Shown piece by piece: positions 19,401 to 28,142 of a stretch of 64,000 nucleotides of DNA (position 1 is its first letter; each line of letters starts with the position of its first letter). The notes beneath the pieces are model-generated. The model made no database searches. It saw only the letters and a program-made list of their open reading frames with translations, and was not told where the DNA came from. Source of the stretch: Cenarchaeum sp. GTDB taxonomy: Archaea; Thermoproteota; Nitrososphaeria; Nitrososphaerales; Nitrosopumilaceae. The DNA lies in assembly GCA_965242695.1 (NCBI GenBank), contig CBDESU010000001.1, positions 2,048,001 through 2,112,000 of the forward strand, given 5' to 3'. The position numbers and the translations under genes are program-made.

Positions 19401-22155
19401 CGCTGTTGTTGGCAGTGCCGATCCAGCCCACAGGCGCGAGCGTGCCGTTGCCCTCGCCGCCCACCCGCAGCAGCTGCACGCCGTCCTTTGTCTGGGACGC
19501 AACCATGGCGTACGTGCGGTCTCCATCCTCGCCTCGCATCGTAAACACGTCCACGCCGCGGGCGCTGCGCAGCAGCAGCGTGGAATTGTCCAGAATCGAG
19601 TAGGCATCCACGAGCGTGCCGTTTTCGAGCACGCGGATCAAGTGCGCGCCGCCCGACCAGGTGTCCGAAGTGGCAATGGCGTACGTGCGGTTGCCCAGAT
19701 TGAAGGCGTCGACGCCCAAGGGCCCCGATGGGCCGGCGCTGCCACCCGGGGTGGCCGTAAGGTTGCCGTCGTCGTGCACGCGGATCAGCTGGACGCCTTC
19801 GTTCCACCCTGCCGTGATCGCGTATGTGCGGTTGCCCATGTTGAACACGTCGATGTCGACGGGGGCGGCGAGGTTCAGCGAGGCGTTGTCGCCGAGCGTG
19901 CTGACCGGCTCGAGCGTGCCGCCGTCGCGCACGCGGATCAGCTGGACGCCGTTCTCGTCGGCAGAGACGACCGCGGCGTACGTGGCGCCGCCCATGCCAA
20001 AGACTGCAACGCCGTGCGCGCTGCTGAGCCTCCAGCTTCCGCCATCCTCAAGGCGGTCGGCCGGGCGCAGTACGGGCTGCGGCCCGCCTCTGATCTCAAT
20101 GTCGCTCCGGCCGGCCAGCGGGCCTCCAGGCCCCGCGGCGGGCAGGGTCAGGTTTGCGGCGTTGCCAGCCGCATCACCGATCGCCGCGCCGTTGCCAAGG
20201 GAGAAGGCATCGGGGCCGGCATAGTCCAGGTCGGCCGCCTCGTCGCCAGGCTGCACCACGTACAGGAACGCCAGCTCGTCCGTGCCGCTGCCGCCGGCGT
20301 ACGAGGCGCTGCGCGGCGGCTCGGTTGCAAGCAGCAGCGCCGGACTTCCCGTGACGACTACCGCCTCGTCAAAGGACACGGTGATGTCGACTGCATGTCC
20401 AGTGCGGTACGTGCCGTTGGCGCTAGGCGATGCGATGCCTACGGCCGACGGAGCCTCGGCGTCGACCAGTATGTCGCGGGCATGGCCTAGCGAGCCGGGG
20501 TTGCCGCGGGCCGGCAGGGTCAGGAGTATGTTGCCGCCGCCGGCCGCGCTGATCGCCTCGCCGCCGCCAAGTGACAGGGCATCGGGGCCGGCATAGTCCA
20601 GGTCGGCCGCCATGTCGCCCTGCCGCACTGTGTAGTCAAACTCTAGGGTCCGGGTGCCGCTGCCGTTCACGTACGAGGCGCTGCGCGGCGGCTCGGTCGC
20701 AAGCGCCAGCGCGGGACTGCCCGTGACTGCGACAGGTGCCGAAAAGTCGACGGCGATTCTGACAGTATCATCGCGCACGTACGCGGCGTCCCCGCCGGGC
20801 GAGTCGACGCCGGTCGCGTACGCCGCGATCGTCGTGTTTATCGCGATGCTCTGCGAGCTGCCAAGGTGTCCGCCGGAGCCGGCCTGCCAGGGCAGGGAGT
20901 CGTCGACTGCATCGCCTGCCCTGTCCTCCAGGCCGCCGCCCTCCAGCGCGCCGCCGCCCGCATAGTCCAGCCCGGCCGAAGCGTCGCCCTGCCGCACCGT
21001 GTAGCTGAATGCGAGCGAGCGTGTGTTGTTGCCCGACTCGTACGCGGCCGTCCGGTTCGTATCGGCATCCAATGCGAGGACCAGCGACGGCGGCTGGCCG
21101 CTGTACACTACGGGCTCGCTAAAGTTGACAAGGACGTCGATGCGGTACCCCACGGGGTACGTGCCGTTGGGCAGGGGCGACCATACGCCGGCCACGGCCC
21201 CGTCGGCCGCAGTTATGCTGCCGTCGCTGGTAGCGCCGAGCGAGCCGGGCGAGCCGGGCTCGGGCAGCACGAGGCTCGCGTTGTTGCCGGCAAGGTCGGT
21301 CAGGTTGCCGCCCGTTTCAAGTGCCAACTTTCCTGCATAGTCCAGGTCGTCGGCAATGTCGCCCCGCACCACGGCATAGTTGAAGACGAGCGATTCCGTC
21401 CCGTTGCCATCCAGGTACGCCGCCGTCGCGTTGGCGCCGTCCAGCGCAAGCTTTAGCGTCGGCGGCTCTCCCAGCGCCCGAACCGGCTCGTCGAAGTTGA
21501 CGGTGACGTTGACCTGCGAGCCGGCGCCGTACGCGCCGTCCGGCATCGTGACATTCACCACGCGCGGTATGATGCCGTCGACTACGACGGTGCGTCCTAC
21601 CGAAAGCGAGTTGTGCCTGAAGTTGTTGGTGCCTGGAGTCGACAGCCAGCAGTTGATGGGATCGCCACTGTACCGAAGCCCGTCCCAGTACAGCGAGTTG
21701 GGCGCCTTGTAGTCGAGATCGTCCGAATAGTCGCCCGGCTGAACTGTATAAACGTAATGGGTATTCCGGCCACTACCGGTGTGCGAGGCATACACGGCAA
21801 ACCGGTCAACGTCGCCCGTCTCAAGCGCAAGGCGCGTGTGAGGAAGGCCATCTTGATTGCCGGAATTAGCAACGCCAGTAAGCCTGAAAATATTGATAAC
21901 GATCTCGTCTCCTATTCCGTACAGATCACCGGACGACACGAAGCTCGGTTCGGGAGAATGCTCAGCGGCAGGACCATCCCCGGGAATAATGCACGGCCCG
22001 CGGTGGTCTGCATGCGCTGCCGGCAGCAGTCCATGCTGCGGCGGGTGCGCCCACTGCGAGGGGGAGGCAGCGTCCGGTTGCCAAGAGCCCAGAGTCGGCA
22101 CATCGCCGCCCCAGAACGCCGGCGATGCGGCGGCAGCGGCGGCCAGTGCGATCAC
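16402..22155 (-). CDS. Giant secreted/surface protein (Ig-like repeats, beta-propeller-like repeats, Gly-Pro linker)
   Basis: 1917 aa with a hydrophobic N-terminus, repeated F.EPV.V.G.P.L.L...F.Y.V..GD...LDY modules and repeated GVQLIRV blades. Confidence 0.85.
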   Translation of the reverse strand: MIALAAAAAASPAFWGGDVPTLGSWQPDAASPSQWAHPPQHGLLPAAHADHRGPCIIPGDGPAAEHSPEPSFVSSGDLYGIGDEIVINIFRLTGVANSGNQDGLPHTRLALETGDVDRFAVYASHTGSGRNTHYVYTVQPGDYSDDLDYKAPNSLYWDGLRYSGDPINCWLSTPGTNNFRHNSLSVGRTVVVDGIIPRVVNVTMPDGAYGAGSQVNVTVNFDEPVRALGEPPTLKLALDGANATAAYLDGNGTESLVFNYAVVRGDIADDLDYAGKLALETGGNLTDLAGNNASLVLPEPGSPGSLGATSDGSITAADGAVAGVWSPLPNGTYPVGYRIDVLVNFSEPVVYSGQPPSLVLALDADTNRTAAYESGNNTRSLAFSYTVRQGDASAGLDYAGGGALEGGGLEDRAGDAVDDSLPWQAGSGGHLGSSQSIAINTTIAAYATGVDSPGGDAAYVRDDTVRIAVDFSAPVAVTGSPALALATEPPRSASYVNGSGTRTLEFDYTVRQGDMAADLDYAGPDALSLGGGEAISAAGGGNILLTLPARGNPGSLGHARDILVDAEAPSAVGIASPSANGTYRTGHAVDITVSFDEAVVVTGSPALLLATEPPRSASYAGGSGTDELAFLYVVQPGDEAADLDYAGPDAFSLGNGAAIGDAAGNAANLTLPAAGPGGPLAGRSDIEIRGGPQPVLRPADRLEDGGSWRLSSAHGVAVFGMGGATYAAVVSADENGVQLIRVRDGGTLEPVSTLGDNASLNLAAPVDIDVFNMGNRTYAITAGWNEGVQLIRVHDDGNLTATPGGSAGPSGPLGVDAFNLGNRTYAIATSDTWSGGAHLIRVLENGTLVDAYSILDNSTLLLRSARGVDVFTMRGEDGDRTYAMVASQTKDGVQLLRVGGEGNGTLAPVGWIGTANNSALALDKAHGMDVFETAGGRTYAAVASYDSSGVQLIRVHYNGTLEAAGSLRNNIPAVQSGTVVRDPPVAVRLGGANNVDSFAMDGHTYVAVASHAGDAVQLARVHENGTLEAAGSLFDDNTVAEDGSIELDGAYDVDAFTIGRATFAIVSPQYDSGIQLLRLSPPLVTGVSTSAQNGTYVGGSRINFTVGFDAPVSVSGPPPSILLALDGAERAATYVSGSGTNLTFAYEVRPGDNTGRLDYAGAASLVTHGAVSDVPEEYVFRQSQLVACRYGGGTENVACLTAAPREDMLRNDTADADLEMPAPGSPGSLGHLRNIRIDAAPPSVTRVGSPDAQNLYGAGSAVSIAVVFSESVTVTGTPTLALSTVPARSAEYVVGTDGDSDIAFRYDVQANDSADVLGYASGEALSLPGGAKILDAAGNPADLGLPGPGDPGSLASEGIRIDGKAPRIVSVSSQDGDATHGAGSTVDIAVAFSESVTVTGTPTLALSTVPARSAEYVAGTDGDAEIAFRYDVQANDTADRLDYADRRALSLNDGTIKDAAGNNADPYLPPTGSPSSLHASNITIRGPGTGGGPGTGGGPGTGGGPGTGGGPGTGGGPGTGGGPGTGGGPGTGGGPGTGGGPGTGGGPGTGGGPGTGGGPGTGGGPGTGGDQGTANTTTVVLGPSGVAGRSNFAGEGTGVRIAIDVSGLPGAGTAGGTVQFPSNGTAVATSFATVSFPPGVEATSVPADGMLALHVVASTDAPPTNSSIQDALSYDGSGRVLPRSIVEIGGSGDARIEFTKPVRISLEGQAGGRAFYIDGGTNGSIRAIDTACAADDTARVERQLDGAGECRIDSAGDMVIYTYHLTRFGTVVSERGTPPPVVYTCSIHLGTDRLAVQASPGDYSKAVRQDVVNSGSQAFERVDLDATPWYIDPASDRPADGAPSMPASLTVVAGAAEDRGGGAFAPLSAGGAGLGLDGGQERQLWLAINLTGHDQVNGSRLVQQVTYTAECAGAPGR
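17448..17702. repeat. 18-bp coding tandem repeat (GGGPGT), about 14 copies
   Basis: Perfect array of ccgccgccggtgcccggg. Confidence 0.95.
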
Positions 22156-22559
22156 AAGTGCCGCGGCAGAGGCAAGGCGCGGCGCAGGGCGGCGGCATCC
22201 CTCCGCTGCGGGGAATCGCGGCCCGGCGCCCCCCCCCCTCGGAAGCCGCCCGCGCCGCGCGGCATCGGGCCGTGCCGGCCCGCCGAGTCAGGCTTGCAGA
22301 TCAACCATACCCGCTCCGTCGGCGCCGCCCCCCCCCCCCTATTTAATGTGACGATCATGCCCGCATGTCGGGTCGCAGACATTCGGTCTCTAGCGTCAAC
22401 CCACCCCAGCTGCCCAGATGCGCGCGTCGCCTGCCAGGCTTGAATGTGCACCCCGCTCTTGGGCGCGGCGGGTGCGGCGCCGGTTCGGGCGGCCCGATTC
22501 CGCGCGCCGCGGCACCCCGTGCCCGGCCCGTTTTAATAGGAATTTCCAAGCGGCGCGGC

Positions 22560-24086
22560 GTGCAAAGGGTGCTCCACGAGATCGAGCGGGCCGCCATAGA
22601 GGCCCTGGACGGGGCGGGGGACGGCATGGGCGAGGCCGACCTTGCGGGGGCGGCAGGGCTGTCGCCGGACCAGACGCGGCGGGGGATCGAGTGGCTCAGG
22701 CACAAGGGGCTTGCCGACGTGGGCGAGTCGTCCGAGTCGATCGTCTCGCTAGGTCCGGCGGGGCGCGGCGCAGCGGAGGCGGCCGGAAGGGGTGGCGGCG
22801 CAGAGGGAGCGCTGCCCGAGCGCCGCCTGCTAGAGATGCTAGCCGGGGCCGGCGGGCGCGGCGTGGAGGCAGGCAGGCTGCAGGCGGCGATGGGATCCGA
22901 CTTTGGCCCCGCCATGGGCATTGCAAGGAGGGCGGGGTGGGCAAGGGCCGGCCCCGGCGGCAGGGTCGAGCTTGCCGGCGGGCGCGGCGGGGCCGACAAG
23001 CTCGTCTCTTTGTACGAGGGCCTGCTCAAGAGGATCGGCAGTGCGGGGGAATCCGGCATTGCCGCGGCGGGCCTGTCCGGCGCCGAGGCGGAGGCGCTCG
23101 CATCCCTGAGGCGCAGGCCGGGGTACGTCGTCGAGCGCGCCTCAAAGTCCAGGACCGTCCGCCTGACAGCGGAGGGCAGGCAGGCCGCATCGGGCCTCAA
23201 GCAGGGCGGCACAGGAGGCGGCAAGGCGGCAGGAACGGCCGGCGCGATCGACGTAGAGGCAGCCGTCCCGGCCGCCCTGCCGGCGCGCCTGCACCCCCTG
23301 ACGGAGACGATCGAGGCCGTCCGCGACGCGTTCGTCGCGCTAGGCTTTTCCGAGATTGTCGGGCCTCACGTGCAGCCGGGATTCTGGAACTTTGATGCGC
23401 TGTTTACGCCGCAGGACCACCCGGCGCGCGAGATGCAGGACACCTTCTACGTGGCCGGCGCGCGGGGGGAGGCGCGGCCGGCCGAGTACGGGCGCATTCC
23501 CGCCGCAGCGGCCCATACGCGCGCCGTGGCCGGCGCGCACGCGCGCGGCTGGGGGTACGGCTGGAGCGCGGCCGAGTCGAGAAAGGCCGTCCTGCGCACG
23601 CATACGACGTGCGTCACGGCGAGGCACCTTGCCGAGAGCCGCCCCGAGCGGGCAAGGATATTCTCGCTCGGCCGCGTGTTCCGCAACGAAAAGGCCAGCT
23701 ACAAGCACCTCTCCGAGTTCCACCAGGTCGAGGGCGTGGTGGTCGGCCCCGGCGCCGACATGCGCTCGCTCATGGGCATACTCGAAAAGTTCTACAGCAT
23801 GATCGGCGTGCGGAGGGTAAAGTTCTGGCCTACGTACTTTCCGTACACCGAGCCGTCGCTGCAGGCCATGGCGTACAACGAGAAGCACGGCAGGTGGGTC
23901 GAGCTGTTCGGCATGGGCATGCTCAGGCGCGAGGTGACGGAGCCGCTCGGCATGGGCGACGCGCCCGTCCTGGCGTGGGGCGGCGGGATCGAGCGGATTG
24001 CGATGATGCGGTACGGCGTAGACGACGTGCGCAGGTTCTACGGCAACGACCTCGGGTGGCTCAGGGGTGCGGCGGCATGCCCGTAA
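22560..24086 (+). CDS. pheS: Phenylalanine-tRNA ligase alpha subunit
   Basis: WNFDALFTPQDHPAREMQDTF, LRTHTT, YFPYTEPS. Confidence 0.95.
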   Translation: MQRVLHEIERAAIEALDGAGDGMGEADLAGAAGLSPDQTRRGIEWLRHKGLADVGESSESIVSLGPAGRGAAEAAGRGGGAEGALPERRLLEMLAGAGGRGVEAGRLQAAMGSDFGPAMGIARRAGWARAGPGGRVELAGGRGGADKLVSLYEGLLKRIGSAGESGIAAAGLSGAEAEALASLRRRPGYVVERASKSRTVRLTAEGRQAASGLKQGGTGGGKAAGTAGAIDVEAAVPAALPARLHPLTETIEAVRDAFVALGFSEIVGPHVQPGFWNFDALFTPQDHPAREMQDTFYVAGARGEARPAEYGRIPAAAAHTRAVAGAHARGWGYGWSAAESRKAVLRTHTTCVTARHLAESRPERARIFSLGRVFRNEKASYKHLSEFHQVEGVVVGPGADMRSLMGILEKFYSMIGVRRVKFWPTYFPYTEPSLQAMAYNEKHGRWVELFGMGMLRREVTEPLGMGDAPVLAWGGGIERIAMMRYGVDDVRRFYGNDLGWLRGAAACP

Positions 24087-25837
24087 TCGAGCTAGACTAC
24101 AGCAGGCTGCGGCGGCTCGTCGCGGCCGGCGGCGGCGGAGGGCCGGCGCGCGGCATCGCGAAGAGGGCCATATCCGAGGCCCTCCCGTACCTGGGCCTGG
24201 ACATTGAGGGAGAGGAGGGCGGGTCTGTCAGGGTCGAGTACAGCCCCAACAGGCCCGACTATTCAACGGACTGGGGCGTGGCCGCCGGCCTGCGCGGACT
24301 GCTCGGCCGCGCGCCCGAAGGGCCGGAGGAGGACGGCGCGGAATACGAGCCCGGCCCGGGGAGCGCCGGCATGCGGCTGCGCGCCGACCCGTCCGTGTCG
24401 CAGATCAGGCCGTTCATTACGATGGTTGCCGCCCGCGGCGGCCGGCTCGACGGGCGCTCGCTTGCGCAGCTCATCGCAATGCAGGAGGACCTGCACGACG
24501 GCATCGGCAGGCGGCGCAGAAAGGCGTCGATCGGCCTGCACGACGCGGGGCCCGTCAGGTTCCCGCTGTCGTATACGGCCGCACGACGCGGCCACCGCTT
24601 CGTCCCGCTCGGCGGCAAAAAGGAGATGACCGTCGACGAGGTGCTCGCCGGCACGCCCGTCGGCGCCGAGTACGGCAGCCTGCTCGCCGGCCACTCGAGG
24701 GTTCCCGTCGTGCTCGACGCGTCCGGCCTGACCCTGTCCCTGCCGCCCGTCATAAACGGCGAGGCCACGGCCCTGAAGGAGTCTACCGCGGACATACTCG
24801 TAGAGGTGACAGGCACGGACCGGACCGCATGCGAGGATGCGCTGTCCGTGGCGGCCCGCACGCTCCACCTAGCGGGGTTTGCACTCGAGCGGGTGCGCGT
24901 GTCCGGCGCCGGCAACCGCACGGCCCCGCTCGGGCCCCGCCGCATGTCCGTCGATGCCCGGCTCGTGTCCAGGTCGCTAGGCATCGCAATGACGGCCGGA
25001 GAGGTCGCCGGCGCCCTGCGCCGGGCCGGCTTGCGGGCGGACGCGCGCAGTGGATCGCATACGGTGCGGTGCGCCGTCCCGCGCCACCGCTTCGACATAC
25101 TCGGGCCCATGGACCTCGTAGAGGAGGCGCTGCTCGGGCACGGCGTCCGGCGCATCGAGCCGGCCCTGCCGCCGTCGCCGTCGGTCGGCTCGCTCCACCC
25201 CGCAACGTCGGCCGTGCGCGCGGTGCGCCTTGCGATGGTCGGACTCGGGTACACCGAGGCGCTCTCGCCGAGCCTCTCGGACGCATCCCTGCTCAGGGGG
25301 CGGGCGGGGAGGGAGGGGCGCGACCCGCCAGCGTCCGTCCTGGACTCGAAGAGCGCCGACCGCACGGCCCTCCGCGACTCGCTGCTGCCGGGCCTGCTCG
25401 AGGCGCTCTCGAGAAACGTCCACGAGCCGTACCCGCAGAGGCTCTTCGAGGTCGGGGCCGTGTTCGAGCCAGGAAGGTCCGGCGGCCCGCCGGCCGAGTC
25501 GCACCGCCTGTGCGCCGTGTGCGCGCACTCGGGCGCGTCGTACACCGAGATAAAGGGCGTGCTGCTCGCCGCATCCGGCGCGGCCCTCGGGGGGCCGTGC
25601 TCGACGAGGGCCGCGGCCGAGGGGGCCACGGCCCCGCTTGCCGCCGGCAGGTCGGCGATCGTCCACGCGGGCCCGTCCGGCGGGGCGGCCGGCATCGCCG
25701 GCGAGCTCGACGCCGGCGTGGCAAGGGGGTTCCGCATACGCCAGCCTGTCGCCGCCCTGGAGGTGGAGCTAGCCATTAATACGCCGCGCCGGCCGCCGCG
25801 GCGCCCCAAGAGCAGGCGCGCAGACGGACCGCGATGA
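24077..25837 (+). CDS. pheT: Phenylalanine-tRNA ligase beta subunit
   Basis: PNRPDY, QEDLH...RRKASIGLHD, LRDSLLPGLL, YPQRLFEVG. Confidence 0.95.
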   Translation: MPVIELDYSRLRRLVAAGGGGGPARGIAKRAISEALPYLGLDIEGEEGGSVRVEYSPNRPDYSTDWGVAAGLRGLLGRAPEGPEEDGAEYEPGPGSAGMRLRADPSVSQIRPFITMVAARGGRLDGRSLAQLIAMQEDLHDGIGRRRRKASIGLHDAGPVRFPLSYTAARRGHRFVPLGGKKEMTVDEVLAGTPVGAEYGSLLAGHSRVPVVLDASGLTLSLPPVINGEATALKESTADILVEVTGTDRTACEDALSVAARTLHLAGFALERVRVSGAGNRTAPLGPRRMSVDARLVSRSLGIAMTAGEVAGALRRAGLRADARSGSHTVRCAVPRHRFDILGPMDLVEEALLGHGVRRIEPALPPSPSVGSLHPATSAVRAVRLAMVGLGYTEALSPSLSDASLLRGRAGREGRDPPASVLDSKSADRTALRDSLLPGLLEALSRNVHEPYPQRLFEVGAVFEPGRSGGPPAESHRLCAVCAHSGASYTEIKGVLLAASGAALGGPCSTRAAAEGATAPLAAGRSAIVHAGPSGGAAGIAGELDAGVARGFRIRQPVAALEVELAINTPRRPPRRPKSRRADGPR

Positions 25838-25994
25838 AGTCGAGATCGTCCCGATGCCGGTGATTCCCGGCCACCCAGGCGCGCCACAGGGCAGACCCCG
25901 GCCACGGAACGGACGGAGGGTATGGCTAGCCTGTGAACTCGCGCGAGTCAGGGCCGGGGGACACAGTGATAAGGGGCGGCGGCCGCGGCCGCCC

Positions 25995-26417
25995 GTGGCG
26001 AGGGGGTACTGGCTCGTAAAGCAAGAGCCCGAGGGGCCGCGCGGATACAGCTTTGAGCGCATGAAGGAGGACGGCCGGACCGTCTGGGACGGCGTGCGCA
26101 ACAACCTGGCCCTCAAGCACATCCGCAGCATGAAGAGGGGCGACCTTGCGCTGTACTACCACACGGGCGGCCACCGCGAGGCCGTCGGGATAGTAGAGGT
26201 CGTCTCCGGCCCGTACCCCGACCCAGAGGCCGGCGACGAGCGGTGGACCGTCGTCGACGTGAGGTACAAGAGGGCCCTCAAGAGGCCGGTGGGGCTAGAC
26301 GAGATAAAGTCCGACCCCGCGTTCGCCGGGTGGGACCTGCTCCGCATATCGCGCCTGTCGGTCGTCCCCGTGCCGAGGGCGATGTGGGAGAGGGTGCTCG
26401 AGCTGTCGCGCGGGTAG
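25995..26417 (+). CDS. EVE domain protein
   Basis: YWLVKQEP...WDGVRNN...MKRGDLALYYH...RLSVVPV. Confidence 0.9.
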   Translation: MARGYWLVKQEPEGPRGYSFERMKEDGRTVWDGVRNNLALKHIRSMKRGDLALYYHTGGHREAVGIVEVVSGPYPDPEAGDERWTVVDVRYKRALKRPVGLDEIKSDPAFAGWDLLRISRLSVVPVPRAMWERVLELSRG

Positions 26418-26544
26418 GCTGAGGGAGGGGCGCCTAGGCGCCGGCCGGGGGCAAGACGGCCCGACCGGCCTCCACGCAGGGCGGCTTTTGCGGCCGCGGC
26501 GGTCGATCGCAGGGCAGATATACCCCCCGTATCCCCGCGCCCCC

Positions 26545-27258
26545 ATGCGGCTCCTGTTCGTAGACGACTCTGGAAACCCAAGGGGCAAGCGTGCAGTAGG
26601 AGACATCGGGCTGTACATACTGGCTGGCCTGGCCGTCGATGACAGGGACCTGCCGTCCGTCGTCAAGGCGGCAAGCGATGCAAAGGCGGCGATGTGTGCG
26701 CGGATGGGCCTTGAGGAATTGGAGGTACATACGTACGACATATGGAACAACAAGGGACAGTTTGGTAGCAAGGAAAACATGCTCAGCATGCAGCAAAAGC
26801 AGGAGATGGTCTCGAGTATGGTCGACGTCGTTGTCAGATCCCGGCTGGATATCATCCCGGTGGTCATCGACAGGATGTGGTACGAACGGAAAAGGGCAGG
26901 GCGCATGCCATTAATCATCGGATGGTCTTCCATGTTTAGGCGTTTTGAATGTATCCTGGACCGTCCAGGGAGAGAATATGGCCTGATTTTAGCCGATGCG
27001 GGACGTCCTAGCGACGAAAGGATGGCGCGGTCGATCGTCGAAAAAATGGCGCGGGCAAGGTTGGAGCAGGCGCCCAACTGCGCAGGTGTCCTAGACGGGG
27101 TGATCTACAGGGACTCGCGCCTTGACATAATGATACAGTTGGCCGACATAGTTGCATATATCCTGCACAGGTACTACAGAAAAGACACGCGCTTTCAGGG
27201 CTGGTTCGAGGCCATCAGGTCAAAGTTCGACATGGATCCGGCCAAGATGTCATTCTAG
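26545..27258 (+). CDS. DUF3800 family protein (RNase H-like), copy B
   Basis: LFVDDSG, EVH, ILAD, DSRLDIMIQLADIVAY. Confidence 0.85.
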   Translation: MRLLFVDDSGNPRGKRAVGDIGLYILAGLAVDDRDLPSVVKAASDAKAAMCARMGLEELEVHTYDIWNNKGQFGSKENMLSMQQKQEMVSSMVDVVVRSRLDIIPVVIDRMWYERKRAGRMPLIIGWSSMFRRFECILDRPGREYGLILADAGRPSDERMARSIVEKMARARLEQAPNCAGVLDGVIYRDSRLDIMIQLADIVAYILHRYYRKDTRFQGWFEAIRSKFDMDPAKMSF

Positions 27259-27327
27259 AAGTCGGGGGACGGGTGCGCGAGTGCGCAAAGCCGCCCCCCT
27301 ACAGACTACCCGGTCGTAGCCCGTGGC
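27259..27327 (-). ncRNA. Putative DUF3800-associated ncRNA, array copy 1
   Basis: TTTATTA at 27348-27354; hairpins CUAC-GACCGG-GUAG and GGGGGCGG...CCG(U)CCCCC. Confidence 0.65.
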
Positions 27328-27601
27328 CGGGCAAGCGGCAGGGGGCCTAATAAACCCTGCCATTCCAGGCATTCCGCGTGCGGGCGCAGTCCGATCGCGC
27401 CATAGGGAGCGGATCGCGCGGGCGGGCGGCGCCCCGGCCATGAATGGAACATGGAGGCCACATGCAGGGTACGACGGCGACGACGGGACGCTGCAGTTAG
27501 CGCCAAAGCGGTCAGTAATAGTGGAGACGTGGGTCGGTGAGACCGCATCGATGCCGTCAGGGTAGTGTTTGACAGAGTCGCGGGGTTATTACTAGTCTAA
27601 A

Positions 27602-27670
27602 GGTCGGGGGACGGGTGCACCTAGGGCGCAAAGCCGCCCCCCTATAGGCTACCCAAACGTAGCCTGTAGC
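27602..27670 (-). ncRNA. Putative DUF3800-associated ncRNA, array copy 2
   Basis: TTTATTA at 27691-27697; same fold, loop GUUUGG. Confidence 0.65.
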
Positions 27671-27944
27671 AGGGCAAGCGGAAGGGGGCCTAATAAACCC
27701 TGCCATTCTGGGCGTTCCGCCTGCGGCCCCGGCCAACCGCGCCACAGGGCACAGATCGCGCGGGCGGGCGGCGCTTCGGACCACGGACAGGCAGATCGAC
27801 AACATGCAGGGACCGGCAGGGACGACGACGGGATGCGGCCTCCCGCTGCCAAGGCTGCCAGCGCAGTGGGAGTCACTGGGCGGCGCGGCCGCATCGAGGC
27901 CGTCAAGGCGGCGTTCGACACGAAGCCGCCCGATTGCTCGTTAG

Positions 27945-28014
27945 AAGTCGGGGGACGGGTACGCCTAGGGCGCAAAGCCGCCCCCCTACAAGCTACCCAA
28001 ACGTAGCCCGTGGC
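27945..28014 (-). ncRNA. Putative DUF3800-associated ncRNA, array copy 3
   Basis: TTTAACA at 28035-28041; same fold with G-U substitutions. Confidence 0.6.
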
Positions 28015-28142
28015 CGGGCAGGCGGCAGGGGGCCTGTTAAACCCTGCCATTCCGGGCGTTCCGCCTGTGGGCGCCCGCGTCGCACCGCCGGGGCCGCCGC
28101 GCCCGCGCTAGACTTAATTACGCTCGGCCGGCCGCCGCGCCC

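Noticed and set aside
23609-25905. Long Arg/Ala/Pro-rich alternative-frame and antisense ORFs (here and throughout)
   Set aside because: Shadow ORFs expected at high GC over well-supported genes.
27337-27361. GGCAGGG/CCCTGCC inverted repeat as a third RNA hairpin or terminator
   Set aside because: Broken in copy 2 and absent at locus A, whereas TATA spacing is kept at all four sites. An operator role is not excluded.
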